A DNA stretch of 61,869 bases, counting the filler. It is 9 parts of 9 records of this genome, joined end to end, with 100 filler letters (N's around TTAATTAATTAA, not from the genome) between each part and the next. Parts side by side here need not be neighbours in the genome. Positions count along the whole stretch, not along the records: positions 5,597 to 10,860 come from SRR31156797_31319; positions 10,961 to 16,514 come from SRR31156797_31332; positions 16,615 to 22,468 come from SRR31156797_31345; 6 more parts are not named here. One strand, 5' to 3'. Position 1 is the first letter of the stretch. Every line of letters begins with the position of its first letter. Shown piece after piece: positions 9,391 to 20,304 of this stretch. A program made the position numbers and the translations under genes. Under the pieces are notes generated by a model. It was not told where the DNA came from. It was given only the letters and a program-made list of their open reading frames with translations, and did not search any database.

Positions 9391-10860
9391 TTGGGAAGAA
9401 AATATGACATCGTCGTTGCCGGTGGCGGCCATAACGGACTGATCGCCGCGGCGTTTCTGGCAAAGGCCGAGTTCGGGGTGTGTGTCGTCGAACAGATGCC
9501 CTATGTGGGCGGTGGCGTTACCTCGGCCGAATTGACCCTACCCGGTTTCATCCACGATGTATGCTCGGTTTCCCACGCCAATATGCAGCTGAATCCGATC
9601 TTCCGCTATGACGAACTGGAACTGTTTTCCAAGTACGATCTGAAATACGTCATCCCGGAGGTGGCCCTCAACGTTCTTTTCGAGGATAACAGCCCTTTCA
9701 CCATGTACCGGGATCTGGACAAGACCTGTGAAAGCATCGCCCGGTTTTCCGAAAAAGATGCCGCCGCCTACCGGAAATTTGCCGCCTATGGCATGCAGGC
9801 CATCGACTTTCTCATGGAGGGGATGTACAAACCCTCGCCCTCATACGGACGAATGATGAATCTGATGGACCAGTCTTATGAGGGAAACGAGATCATCCGG
9901 TTTTTCCACACGAGCCTTTACGATGCCGTTTTTGACCTGTTCGAAAGCCATAAGATGCGAATGGCCTTTATCCGGATACTCAGCGAGTTCATGCTCTCTC
10001 CCAAGGAGGCCGGTACGGCCATCGCGCTCTTGGCCTATGTTCCCATCGCCCATAAATTCGGATTTTGCATACCCGTCGGCGGCTCTCGGCGGCTGTCCGA
10101 CAGCCTGGTGGCATGCATCGAGGATCACGGGGGAGAAATCCGTACCCGTTGCCGGGTGAAGAAATTCACGCTTTCCGGAAACGACTGCACGGGTGTGGTG
10201 CTGGAAAGCGGCGAAGAGATAGTGGCCAAAAAGGCAGTGCTCACCAATTTCAATGTTATGCAATTGCCCGAAATGGTGGGTAAAGAAAATCTGCCGGACG
10301 AATACAATCGGAATCTCGGGAGATTGAAACACTCCGACTACATGGCTTTTCATATGGAACTGGCCCTGAACGAGGCGCCCGACTACAAGAACGATCTTAC
10401 CTACGAGCAGAGCTGGTTCATCGAAAAGGTCGACCAGTCCGATATGGTCGACTGCATGAGGACCTACGATGACCTGAAGTACGGCATTCCCAAGACCCGC
10501 GATCCCCTGGTGGTGTGTCCCACCATCATGGATCCCTCCCGGGCGCCCGCGGGCAAACATACCCTGTACGTATACCAGTATGCACCCTATTCGCTCAGAA
10601 ACGGCGGCCCCGAAGGGTGGAAAGATATCAAAGAGGAGATCATGGACGGCCTGTGCCAGACCCTGGACGATTGCTGTACCAACATGGGCAGCGACAACAT
10701 TTTGGGGCGTTGGGCCATGAGTCCGTACGAGTATGCAAAGTACAACCCCGCGTGGGTCAAAGGCGATTTCGCCCACTTCAACCAGACCGCCATGCAAAGC
10801 GGCGGCAACCGGCCCTTTCCGGGCTGGTCCAATTACCGGACCCCCGTCGATAAGCTATAC
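9391..10860 (+). CDS. Phytoene-dehydrogenase-like NAD(P)/FAD oxidoreductase (3'-truncated)
   Basis: GGAG RBS before TTG at 9391. Motifs YDIVVAGGGHNGL, ELTLPGFIHD, PVGGS, DPSRAPAGKH and YRTPVDKLY. Confidence 0.85.
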
Positions 10861-10960
10861 NNNNNNNNNNNNNNNNNNNNNNNNNNNNNNNNNNNNNNNN
10901 NNNNTTAATTAATTAANNNNNNNNNNNNNNNNNNNNNNNNNNNNNNNNNNNNNNNNNNNN

Positions 10961-13922
10961 TCGCACCCTTCCAGGAAAAATCCTGGTCTTCCAGCGCCTT
11001 CTGGATCCGCCGTACCAGAAGGACGGCCCCTTCCGGTTCCGATTCGGGAAGCAGCAGGATGAACTCCTCTCCCCCCCAACGCCCCAGGATGTCCTGGCCC
11101 CGGATCTCCTGGAGAAGCAGCCGGCCCATGGTTTCAAGGACGTAATCCCCGCAGTCGTGCCCATGGGTGTCGTTCAGGGCCTTAAAGTCATCCACGTCGC
11201 AAAGGATGAAGCTCATGTTTTGCTTACTTCGCCGGTGGCGCTGGATTTCCTGGTCCACCCGCTCAAGGAAGCCCCGCCGGTTATTGAGCCCGGTGAGGGG
11301 ATCTGTCCTGGAAAGGTGTTCCAGCTGCTGTTTCTGCTCCAGGAGCTCACTGGTCCTTTCATTCACAAGCTCGGTCAAAATCCTGTTCTTCCGGGCTTCC
11401 CTTGACAAGCGCAGATAGATCCCCAGGCAAGCCAGAAAAAGGACGGACCCGAAGCAGCCCAGCCGGAAGTACCATCGTTCCCAGAAGGGCGGGGTAATTG
11501 AGATGCCAAGGGACACCCCTGTATCGTTCTTTTGCCCCATGCTGCTGGTCCCCTTGACCCTGAACCTGTACTCCCCCGGGGGAAGGTTGGAGTAGTGGGC
11601 GGTTGCCCCGGACCCCAGGACCCGCCGCCATGCTTTGTCACACCCCTCCAGCCTGTAGCTGTAAATATTGTTGACCGGCGAATTGAAATCCAGGAGCGCA
11701 AAGGAGATGGAGAGGGAATTTTCATCATAGGAGAGGGTCACCTGGTCGGTTTCATGGGCGGGCCGCTGAAGTATGACCCTTTTTTTGTAAGCGGTTCCCG
11801 GAAACACCGGTTTGCTGGGCAGGGTGATTCCGGAGATAACCATGGGAGGCGGCGTTTTATCTATCTGCACATCCCGGGGATCAAAGGAAAGATAACCCGT
11901 TTCCCCGCCGAAAACGATTCGATCCCGGGAAAAGGAAATCATGGCCGCCCCCTCGTTGAAGACCAGGGGAAAATCAAAATTACGAATGCCGTCCTTAACC
12001 GGATCAATCCTGGATATCCCCATGTTCGTAGAGATCCAGACCGTTTCCGATCCGTCCACCACAATGGCTTTGATGAGCTCCCCCGCAAGTCCGTCCTTTC
12101 TGGTATACTGCCGGAAGGTTCCCGTGGCGGGATCGAACCGGGAAAGCCCCTGGTAGGTCCCCACCCAGATGCAGTCCTTACTCCCACGGGCCAGGGCGGT
12201 CACCACTTTGTTGGAGAGGCTGGCCGGATCTTCGGTCCTGCGGGTAAACGCCGCCACCGTGCTTCCGTCGGCATCCAGGCGGTATAGCCCGGAATCGGTG
12301 CCGACCCACAGGGTTTGCCCCGGGTCAACCAGAAGGGCGGAGACGGTGCGGCTGCCGTTTATCTTGAGAATGTGCAGGGTCTTTCCCGTTGACGTATCAT
12401 GCCTGAACAATCCGTTCTCCCGGGTGCCGGCCCAGATCCTCCCCTGGTGATCCCGGGCCAGGGCCGTGATGATCCTGGTGTCCGGAACAGACCCGTCTCC
12501 CCGGTTCAGCCGGGAATAACGCCGGGTTGCCCTGTCGTAAACAACCAGGCCCTTTCCCCAGGTGCCGATGAACAATTTCCCGGATTCACTACTATGAAGG
12601 GCATTGATATCCTTACTTCCGGGCCCTTCAGGCAGAGCGGCCGGAAAGGATGCGCACGCCTCCCCCTTCGGGATCCGGTTCAAACCATTGTACCAGGTGC
12701 CGCTCCAGATCCCTCCCTCTCCGTCGTCGGCAAGGGCATGGATAGAATTCAGCCCCGGGCAGGAATCGTCCACTCCGTTGCCTTCGTGGAGGGCGAAGCC
12801 TGAGTAAATCTTGCTCAGCTTGTTCACCCCTCCGCCACGGGTACCGATCCAGAGCACCCCGGATCGGTCTTCATGTATCCACCGCACATCGTTGTGGGAG
12901 AGGGTCCCCCTTTTTTGAAAATCCCGCTTGAACCGGTCCCATCTCCCGGACCCAAGGTCGACCCGGTAAAGGCCGTGGCTGAGGGTTCCCACCCAGAGAA
13001 TCTTCTGGTCATCCTCATACAGGGCGCTTATGGAATCGTAAAGAAGGGTCCGGGGAAACCCGTTAATCGTCCCGGGGAAGGCAAAACAGCCGGTCACAGG
13101 GTCGAACCGTTTCAGTCCCTTCTCGGTTCCCACCCACAGCCGGCCGTCCGACCCGGGAAAGAGGGCCCGGATTCGATTACTCTGTTTATCGTCCCCGAAG
13201 CAATAATAGGGAGCTATTTGCCCCTGCTCCACATCGATCCGGTTCAGCCCGTGGTCCGTGCCCACCCAAAGGGTTCCGTCTTTCATCTCGGTAATGGACC
13301 AGATCCTGTTGTTACTGAGCCCCGGCTCTCCGGGCTTGCCGGCCATGTATCGCGAGAACCCGCCCGTGTCCGGGAGGAAACGGTTCAGGCCCTTGCTGAA
13401 GGTACCGGCCCAGAGATTTCCCCGGCTGTCTACAAAAAACGTCTGAACCCTGTCTTCACTGAGGCTTGCCGGATCCCCCTGTATATGCCTGAAAATCCGG
13501 ATTTTACCGGTAGTCCCGTCGATCCGGTTGAGTCCCCCGCCCCAGGTGCGGATCCAGATATTCCCCTGGCTGTCCTCCAGTACCCCCCCTGAATCATTAT
13601 GGGAGATGGAATTGACATCCGCGGGATCATGCTGGAAAAGCCGCATACGGATACCGTCGTATTTTACCACCCCGTTTCGGGTACCGAACCACATAAATCC
13701 GTGGCGGTCCTGCATGATCCGGAATACCGTAGAATGGGGCAGGCCGTCTTTCTGATCCAGCTGCTCGAAGAAATAGATGGGAAGGGGTTGGGCCGAAGAT
13801 ACGGAAACAACCGTTCCCATAATGGCCATGAAAAAAAGAAACAGACCCCAAAGCCGGTGGCAACGGTCCTTGAAAACGGGATCAAATGGAAATGAAATCA
13901 TGGCCCCACTATAGCACACCAC
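10961..13922 (-). CDS. Diguanylate cyclase with periplasmic two-component-regulator beta-propeller and Y_Y_Y sensor (3'-truncated; start uncertain)
   Basis: Repeated xxDxxGxxWxGT propeller motifs, Y_Y_Y domain (YSYRLEG...YSNLPPGEYRFRVKG), TM helix, TDPLTGLNNRR, RxxD I-site (RGQD) and GGEEF. Confidence 0.9.
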
Positions 13923-14040
13923 TAGGGGGTGTCAATATGATGGAAATGCCCGCCATTGCCCAAGCCGGACTGCAGGATCTGAGAGTATCACTTGCAGGAA
14001 AGCAGGTGTTACCGATCAAGAAACATGAAAAATAAAAACA

Positions 14041-14427
14041 TCACCCTAAGCCACTGATATCCTGATAAATTCCTTCCATAACCCCGTTGTTGTAATCCTG
14101 AACAATGATCTGAGACCTGAAAAGGGCGTAAAGCTCAACAATAAAGATTCCTATGATGAGTGATACCCCCATGGGCGGAAAATCCGTAAACATCAGAATC
14201 ACGCCCAACAGAAAAACAGAGATATTTATGATTCCCCGTCCCCATTTACCCAAATAGAAATGATGGAGTCCGGCAATAAAGATATAATTGAGAGTGGCGT
14301 ATGTATCCGGGTCCTTGAGCTTTTCCCCGGTCTTCTTATAGAACTCAATCCTGTCCTCATCGGGCAATTCACGAACAAGTTTACGAAGTTCCTCTTCTTT
14401 TTCCTGGACGATTTCTTTAGATAACAC
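14041..14427 (-). CDS. TM2-domain membrane protein
   Basis: GLHHFYLGKWGRG TM2 motif. Confidence 0.75.
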   Translation of the reverse strand: MLSKEIVQEKEEELRKLVRELPDEDRIEFYKKTGEKLKDPDTYATLNYIFIAGLHHFYLGKWGRGIINISVFLLGVILMFTDFPPMGVSLIIGIFIVELYALFRSQIIVQDYNNGVMEGIYQDISGLG

Positions 14428-14443
14428 TTTTGAATTTCCTATG

Positions 14444-14474
14444 CTGCCGGGAGGGCTTATGCTCCTCCCGGCAG
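14444..14474. other. GC-rich intergenic hairpin within an operon (terminator or mRNA-stability element)
   Basis: CTGCCGGGAGG-N9-CCTCCCGGCAG. Confidence 0.55.
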
Positions 14475-14481
14475 TTCTATT

Positions 14482-14694
14482 CTAACGGCCCAGGGTAATA
14501 ATCACGGCTTCGCGTTTCCAGAAAAGCATGAAACGCTTCTGCTCCACGATTTGAAAAACCACTGTCCACCCTTCAGCAGCTTCGCTATTCAGGGCTGCTT
14601 CCATTTTTTTGATCGGGATACCCGAAGCGCCAAGAAATATGGTGCCAAGCCCACCTTCCACCACATTAATAACCTTATACTCTTTGTACGTCAT
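14482..14694 (-). CDS. DUF4177 family small protein
   Basis: YKEYKVI...LNSEAAEGW pattern typical of DUF4177. Confidence 0.75.
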   Translation of the reverse strand: MTYKEYKVINVVEGGLGTIFLGASGIPIKKMEAALNSEAAEGWTVVFQIVEQKRFMLFWKREAVIITLGR

Positions 14695-14723
14695 TTTACT
14701 TTTTATTCTTTCCTTAAAAAAAA

Positions 14724-15341
14724 TTACAATTTGGTGGCAATGGCCACCCCTGTTGCCATCATCACGCCGCCGGCGGAACGATTCAGTTTTGTCAGCGCAC
14801 TTCCGCTGGAGAACATCTGCCGCGCATGGCTGGCCAGACCGGCATACACCATCAACACGCCGGACAGAACAAATGCGATAACACAGGCGATCGCTGCAAT
14901 ATCACCACCCTTCAAGCCGGACAGATCAACAAATGTCGGCAAAAGCCCGCAATAAAACAATATTACTTTTGGATTGGACACTGTTATCAAAAATCCGCCC
15001 AGGATGTTTCCCCATGGTGATTGCTCTTCCCGCAAGGGTTCCGATCCTTCCGCCGGCGGCTTTGAAAACCAGATTTTCAAGCCAAGCCAGAAAAGATACG
15101 CACCGCCGCAAAGCTTTACAATGATAAAAAGCTCTCCAAGTTTCCGGGCAACGATGGAAAGACCGAAAATGGCAAACATCAGATAGATCAAGTCACCCAG
15201 AACAATCCCCATAATCACGCCAAGGGCAGGCCGAAAGCCGGAGGCAAGGGATCTTGCAACAGTAGCAAAAACGCCCGGCCCGGGACTTGCCGCCAGAATC
15301 AGCATGGCTGTGGACAAACTTATCAGCGAAACCAGACTCAT
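14724..15341 (-). CDS. LysE/RhtB family amino-acid exporter
   Basis: SPGPG motif, GGAYLFWLG, SNPKVILFY. Confidence 0.9.
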   Translation of the reverse strand: MSLVSLISLSTAMLILAASPGPGVFATVARSLASGFRPALGVIMGIVLGDLIYLMFAIFGLSIVARKLGELFIIVKLCGGAYLFWLGLKIWFSKPPAEGSEPLREEQSPWGNILGGFLITVSNPKVILFYCGLLPTFVDLSGLKGGDIAAIACVIAFVLSGVLMVYAGLASHARQMFSSGSALTKLNRSAGGVMMATGVAIATKL

Positions 15342-15351
15342 CTGTTTTCCC

Positions 15352-15660
15352 TCAAAAAACGGGTTTCATGAAGCTTCGTTCATAGCTTTTGATACACCGG
15401 GTTTCCTCTGAATACCTGAATGCCTCCTGGCACTCCGGATCCTGGGCCATCTTCTCCCTGTAGGCTTCATAGGCCGCAAGACTCGGAAAACTGAACAGAG
15501 CGACGGCAATGTCGTTCGCGCCCTCATGGGGCAGAAAATATCCGTGGTGGGTGCCGCCGAGCTTGTTAACAAGGGGAATCCACAACCGGGCGTATTTTTC
15601 AAACTCTTTCAGCTTATAAGGATCAATGACGTATCGCAAATAACAAGTAACCATGATCAC
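15352..15660 (-). CDS. NIPSNAP family protein
   Basis: TCYLRYVIDPYK...HHGYFLPHEGA...FSFPSLAAYEAYR. Confidence 0.85.
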   Translation of the reverse strand: MIMVTCYLRYVIDPYKLKEFEKYARLWIPLVNKLGGTHHGYFLPHEGANDIAVALFSFPSLAAYEAYREKMAQDPECQEAFRYSEETRCIKSYERSFMKPVF

Positions 15661-15875
15661 TCCATTCTATTGGGTTTCATTTACCTGCTCGAACGTATTG
15701 AACAGTGATTTTTGCCATAAGCTTAGAACCATGTCAAGGGGAGAAGTTGGGGACGCCATAAAATTATAGGTTTCCATGAAGGAATATTCATATTTTTTTA
15801 GCCGTCCCTCCTGAAAACCCAAAAAAAGATGTCCACCGGCTGGATTTTGAGATATAGACACACCAGGAAAAAAAT

Positions 15876-16514
15876 ATGAGACAACAGAATTTGAACCAGA
15901 CAGGCGTTATACAGGAGTGCATCCGGGGGATTGTGGACCGGGTCACCTACCACAATCCGGACAACGGGTGGTCCATTCTCAGGGTGCTGCCCTTTAACAA
16001 TCCCAATGGCCAGGAGACCGTCATCGTCCACCAGACAAAGGTGTTTGCCGGTGCCACCATGGAATTTCAGGGCAGCTGGACGGTGCATCCCAAATATGGG
16101 CGCCAGTTCCAGGCCACAAAGGCCGAGGAGAAAAAGCCCGCAACAACGGCCGCCCTTGAAAAGTACCTTGGATCGGGCCTCATCAAGGGGGTCGGCCCCA
16201 AGACGGCCAAAAAAATTGTCCGGCATTTTAACGAACAGACCCTCGAGGTGTTTGAAACATCCATCGACCGGCTCACCGAGGTGCCCGGGATTGCCCAGAA
16301 GAAACTCAAGAGCATCGAAGAGGCATGGATCGAGCACAAGTCCATCCGGGAAGTGATGATGTTCCTCCAGTCCCACGGCATCAGCACCCTGTTTGCCGTT
16401 CGAATATATAAGGAGTATGGGGATGAAGCCATCGAGACCGTGACCGGGGATCCCTACCGCCTGGCCAACGACTTTTACGGCATTGGTTTTTTTTCCGCGG
16501 ACAAGGTTGCCCTG
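15876..16514 (+). CDS. recD2: ATP-dependent RecD-like helicase RecD2, N-terminal part (3'-truncated)
   Basis: [31 protein letters not shown] HhH motif, [14 protein letters not shown]. Confidence 0.9.
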
Positions 16515-16614
16515 NNNNNNNNNNNNNNNNNNNNNNNNNNNNNNNNNNNNNNNNNNNNTTAATTAATTAANNNNNNNNNNNNNNNNNNNNNNNNNNNNNN
16601 NNNNNNNNNNNNNN

Positions 16615-18000
16615 CTCGACGAATCGATTGAAAATGCAAACTGGCTCGGCGGGAAACTGGTTCAAAATATACCTGAAATACAAACTGTAGTACCAAAAAC
16701 CGGCCGTTCCGATTTGGCGAACGACTGGATGGGAGTGCACCAAACCGATGTGTGGGTAGTACTAAAACCTGAAAAAGAATGGCGAAAAGGAATGACCAAA
16801 GAAGACATTATTACACAAATAGAACCTTATCTTCAAACCGAACCCGGCCTGGCATACAATTTCACACAGCCTATTGCAATGCGGGTCGACGAACTTACAA
16901 GTGGTGTAAAATCTGATTTGGCAGTTAAAATTTATGGCGAAGATTTAGATGTGCTGAACCAAATTGGAGAAAATATATCGGGGTTACTGCCGCAATTAAA
17001 TGGTACCGATAATTTTTATGTGGAACAAACTGTTGGTCAACCTTATTTAACCATAGAAATCGACAGAGAAGCTGTAGCTTCGTTCGGATTAAATGTAGAT
17101 GATGTTCAAAAAGTAATAGAAGCCGGAATCGGAGGACAGGAAGTAAGTCAGCTTTTCGAGGGGCAGCGCCGATTTGGAATAACAGTTCGATATCCCGAAG
17201 ATATTCGCGACCAGTTGCATAAAATTCAGGACGTTCCGGTTCATTTACCAAATGGTGAATTTGTTCCTTTAAAACGGGTAGCAAATATTGATTTACAGGA
17301 AGGTCCGCGGGAAATTCAACGCGAAAATGGATGGAGAAGATTAATTGTAGGAATAAATATTAAAGACATTGACCTGGGAAGTTATGTTGCCAGCCTTCAA
17401 AACGAAATACTGGAAAATGCCGATATTCCTTCCGGATATTTTATTGACTACGGCGGAACTTTTGAAAACCAGAGACGTGCCATGCGTCATTTAATGTTAG
17501 TTGTTCCGCTTTCAATTTTTATAATTATTGGATTACTTTACCTGAATTTCGGAAAAATGAAATATGCTATTCTTATTTTGCTGAACTTACCTTTTGCACT
17601 TTCAGGAGGAATTTTTCTGCTTTGGATAAGAGGAATGTATTTATCGGTTTCGGCAAGTATCGGATTTGTAGCATTATTTGGAGTTGCTGTGTTAAATGGT
17701 ATTGTTTTAATTGACCATATAAATGAACTTCGAAAAGAGAAAAAAGGAGATTTAAAGAAATTGGTTGTAGAAGGTTCGGCCAACCGGTTGCGCCCGGTTC
17801 TAATGACTGCATTGGTTGCCAGCCTTGGTTTTATCCCAATGGCATTTAATACCGGTCCTGGATCAGAAGTTCAGCGTCCGCTCGCAACTGTAGTAATTGG
17901 CGGATTAATTACCTCCACATTACTAACTTTAATGGTTTTACCCATTGTTTACCATTGGATTGAAAAACGACACGAAAATAAAAATGAAGTAATCAATTGA
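16615..18000 (+). CDS. CusA/CzcA family heavy-metal efflux RND transporter, C-terminal part (5'-truncated)
   Basis: FTQPIAMRVDEL.SGVKSD, GVAVLNG, RLRPVLMTA, GSEVQRPLATVVIGG. Confidence 0.92.
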   Translation, partial: LDESIENANWLGGKLVQNIPEIQTVVPKTGRSDLANDWMGVHQTDVWVVLKPEKEWRKGMTKEDIITQIEPYLQTEPGLAYNFTQPIAMRVDELTSGVKSDLAVKIYGEDLDVLNQIGENISGLLPQLNGTDNFYVEQTVGQPYLTIEIDREAVASFGLNVDDVQKVIEAGIGGQEVSQLFEGQRRFGITVRYPEDIRDQLHKIQDVPVHLPNGEFVPLKRVANIDLQEGPREIQRENGWRRLIVGINIKDIDLGSYVASLQNEILENADIPSGYFIDYGGTFENQRRAMRHLMLVVPLSIFIIIGLLYLNFGKMKYAILILLNLPFALSGGIFLLWIRGMYLSVSASIGFVALFGVAVLNGIVLIDHINELRKEKKGDLKKLVVEGSANRLRPVLMTALVASLGFIPMAFNTGPGSEVQRPLATVVIGGLITSTLLTLMVLPIVYHWIEKRHENKNEVIN

Positions 18001-18421
18001 CAAAATCATCCAGGCGAACCTGATCATCAATTAAATCCTGAATTGTTGTTGATTTAAGATAATCGATTATAGTTTTATTCAATTGCCCCCAAAACCCCTT
18101 GGAAGCACATGTACCTTCACGTTTACATGAATAACTGTGCGATAAACAATCGACTACGCAAACACCGGGCTCAAAAGCATTATGAATATCATTGATCGTA
18201 ATATCTTTGGGGTTGCGTGTAATTACATAACCACTTTTCCGCCCGGCCGGTTTAGAAACCAATCCGGCAACTTTAAGTGAAGTAATTATATGATCGAGGT
18301 ATTTGTACGAAATATTTTGATTTTTAGCAATATCTTTCTGATAGATTCCATTCTCATTATCGCAAAGTGCAATTTCCAAAATGGCCCTTACCCCATATCT
18401 TGTTTTTGTGCTAAATTTCAA
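17993..18421 (-). CDS. Rrf2 family transcriptional regulator, likely Fe-S binding
   Basis: KTRYGVRA wHTH start, ISYKYLDHI, Cys cluster CVVDC-x6-C-x5-C. Confidence 0.9.
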   Translation of the reverse strand: MKFSTKTRYGVRAILEIALCDNENGIYQKDIAKNQNISYKYLDHIITSLKVAGLVSKPAGRKSGYVITRNPKDITINDIHNAFEPGVCVVDCLSHSYSCKREGTCASKGFWGQLNKTIIDYLKSTTIQDLIDDQVRLDDFVN

Positions 18422-18433
18422 AACAATTGGTTA

Positions 18434-19033
18434 TTAAGTTTCCTCAATTTTGATTTTAAATGCAAAAGTAATAAAAACTGCATTATCTACTTTCACCGTT
18501 CCAAAAACTCTTACAGGTGGATCAATTTCAAAATCGGTTAATAGTACTTCGCTTCCACCTTTTAATATAAACTCTTCATTTCCGCAGGGAATTATTTCAC
18601 AGGGTAGAATATAGTTTTGAGTAACTCCAGCTAACGAAATGTGAAAATTAAAATCGGTAGTTGTTTTTTTATTTTCGATTTGAATATTTTCTTCAGGATA
18701 AACAAAAATATTTATGTTAGGAAATTCAGCAGCTTTTAGCAATTTCTGAAAATCGTTATACATTAATTTACTTTTGCATTCGAACTCCTTAACAGGCACT
18801 GCTATTGGATGTGGTTCCTGCTCTGAAAACAATACACGATTAATTTTTAAATAATTAAAATCCAGGCTATTATTATTAAGCGTAAACTTACTCAGGTTAG
18901 AAGTTCCTGAAATCGAAATAAAGTTTTCACAAAAATCTACTTCTGCCTCTTTATTTTTATTGGTAGCAAAAACCATACTCTGCACCATAAATATTGAGCT
19001 GAATAAAAGAAGATATTTTATGAAATTCACCAT
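18434..19033 (-). CDS. Divergent YceI-like secreted protein
   Basis: Signal peptide, ISGTSNL, LKAAEFPNI, ISLAGVT, LTDFEIDPP. Confidence 0.7.
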   Translation of the reverse strand: MVNFIKYLLLFSSIFMVQSMVFATNKNKEAEVDFCENFISISGTSNLSKFTLNNNSLDFNYLKINRVLFSEQEPHPIAVPVKEFECKSKLMYNDFQKLLKAAEFPNINIFVYPEENIQIENKKTTTDFNFHISLAGVTQNYILPCEIIPCGNEEFILKGGSEVLLTDFEIDPPVRVFGTVKVDNAVFITFAFKIKIEET

Positions 19034-19050
19034 TGTTTACATTAAAAAAT

Positions 19051-19085
19051 AAAAAGGTGAATGCATAAAATGCAAACACCTTTTT
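19051..19085 (-). terminator. Intra-operon intrinsic terminator-like hairpin
   Basis: AAAAAGGTG.ATGCAT-AAA-ATGCA.ACACCTTTTT, followed on the minus strand by a T-rich run. Confidence 0.6.
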
Positions 19086-19101
19086 AAAATTTTATCTATT
19101 A

Positions 19102-20268
19102 TTAGAATGAAATACCAGCCTCTAAAACGAGACCGTTAAATTTACCACCGTCAATATCTCCATGAACCGGACCATCATATTTTTGTGTAACATAGTCAAG
19201 TTTTACTAAAATATTTTTTGTCATATTCCAACCACCGCCAATGTTTGTACGATTTACAGTCGATCCGTCGTTGTTATCAACTTTATTTAAACGGGTTCCA
19301 ACATAAAAGCTACCCACACGGTACAATGCCTGCAATGCAGTTTGGGTGAAATTCTGATCGGCATCTCTTCTAACACCATTCATATTTTCATAGATTCCAA
19401 AAACTTCCAATCCATGAAACTGAACAAAAATGTTTGCCATATAACTGCTCATCTCAGATTGTCCGCTTCCGGGGATAAATAATCCTGAACGGAAATTATC
19501 ACCTTCAGCATCAGCCGTTTGCATTACATTGTAGTAACGTGCACCGGCACGATCGCCACCCCAGAGATACGATCCGCTATGACCTTCACCAACATGATAT
19601 CCCGATAAAGTTGCTCTAACTCTTAAATCTTCATTTATGTTTTTATCATACCCAACTTTCCAGTTGAATACCAATTCTTCACCTATATTATTCCCACGTC
19701 CGTAATTTACACGTCCGTTATTAGTACCAACAAGAGCCAAAAACCCATTATTACGATACATAATTTCAAGACCCGGATTAGTTGTATATGCATCCATAAC
19801 CCAGCTACCAACAAACGGATTATTTAAGACTGCACCGTTATTACTGCGGAAGAAATGGGCATCGCCATAATTTGGCATCATAACACCTGCTTTTATGGTC
19901 AGGTATTTCATAATATTATTACTTGCCGGCAGAAATGGTAAATAATCAATGGTCAAATAACCACCTTCAACCCACGCTTCATTATGGTGGCGCGACGACA
20001 TGTAATTGTTAATATATAACTGAATACCCGGGGCCAAATCGGCAGTAACACTTAAGTTCGCAGTTGGTAAATTGAAATTATTTTTAAGATCAATTAACTC
20101 AACCGATGCTTCATGATCAATCATTTGCAATTGAAGAGCAAAATCAGCTCCCACTTTTACTTTTACTTTTTCGAATTCGCTGGCATCTATTTTCGCCTTC
20201 TCGAATTGCTGACCAAATGATATTACGCTTATTAAAGCGAATGAAATTAAAACTAAAACTTTTTTCAT
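19102..20268 (-). CDS. Uncharacterised outer-membrane beta-barrel (porin-like) protein
   Basis: Signal peptide, alternating amphipathic strands, C-terminal beta-signal ...LVLEAGISF. Confidence 0.7.
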   Translation of the reverse strand: MKKVLVLISFALISVISFGQQFEKAKIDASEFEKVKVKVGADFALQLQMIDHEASVELIDLKNNFNLPTANLSVTADLAPGIQLYINNYMSSRHHNEAWVEGGYLTIDYLPFLPASNNIMKYLTIKAGVMMPNYGDAHFFRSNNGAVLNNPFVGSWVMDAYTTNPGLEIMYRNNGFLALVGTNNGRVNYGRGNNIGEELVFNWKVGYDKNINEDLRVRATLSGYHVGEGHSGSYLWGGDRAGARYYNVMQTADAEGDNFRSGLFIPGSGQSEMSSYMANIFVQFHGLEVFGIYENMNGVRRDADQNFTQTALQALYRVGSFYVGTRLNKVDNNDGSTVNRTNIGGGWNMTKNILVKLDYVTQKYDGPVHGDIDGGKFNGLVLEAGISF

Positions 20269-20304
20269 AACTCAAATAATTAATTTATTACTTCAAAATT
20301 TATT

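Noticed and set aside
15876-16514. recD2 as a marker of a mobile element or defence island
   Set aside because: Only the N-terminus is present, and no integrase, transposase or att site is visible in the fragment.
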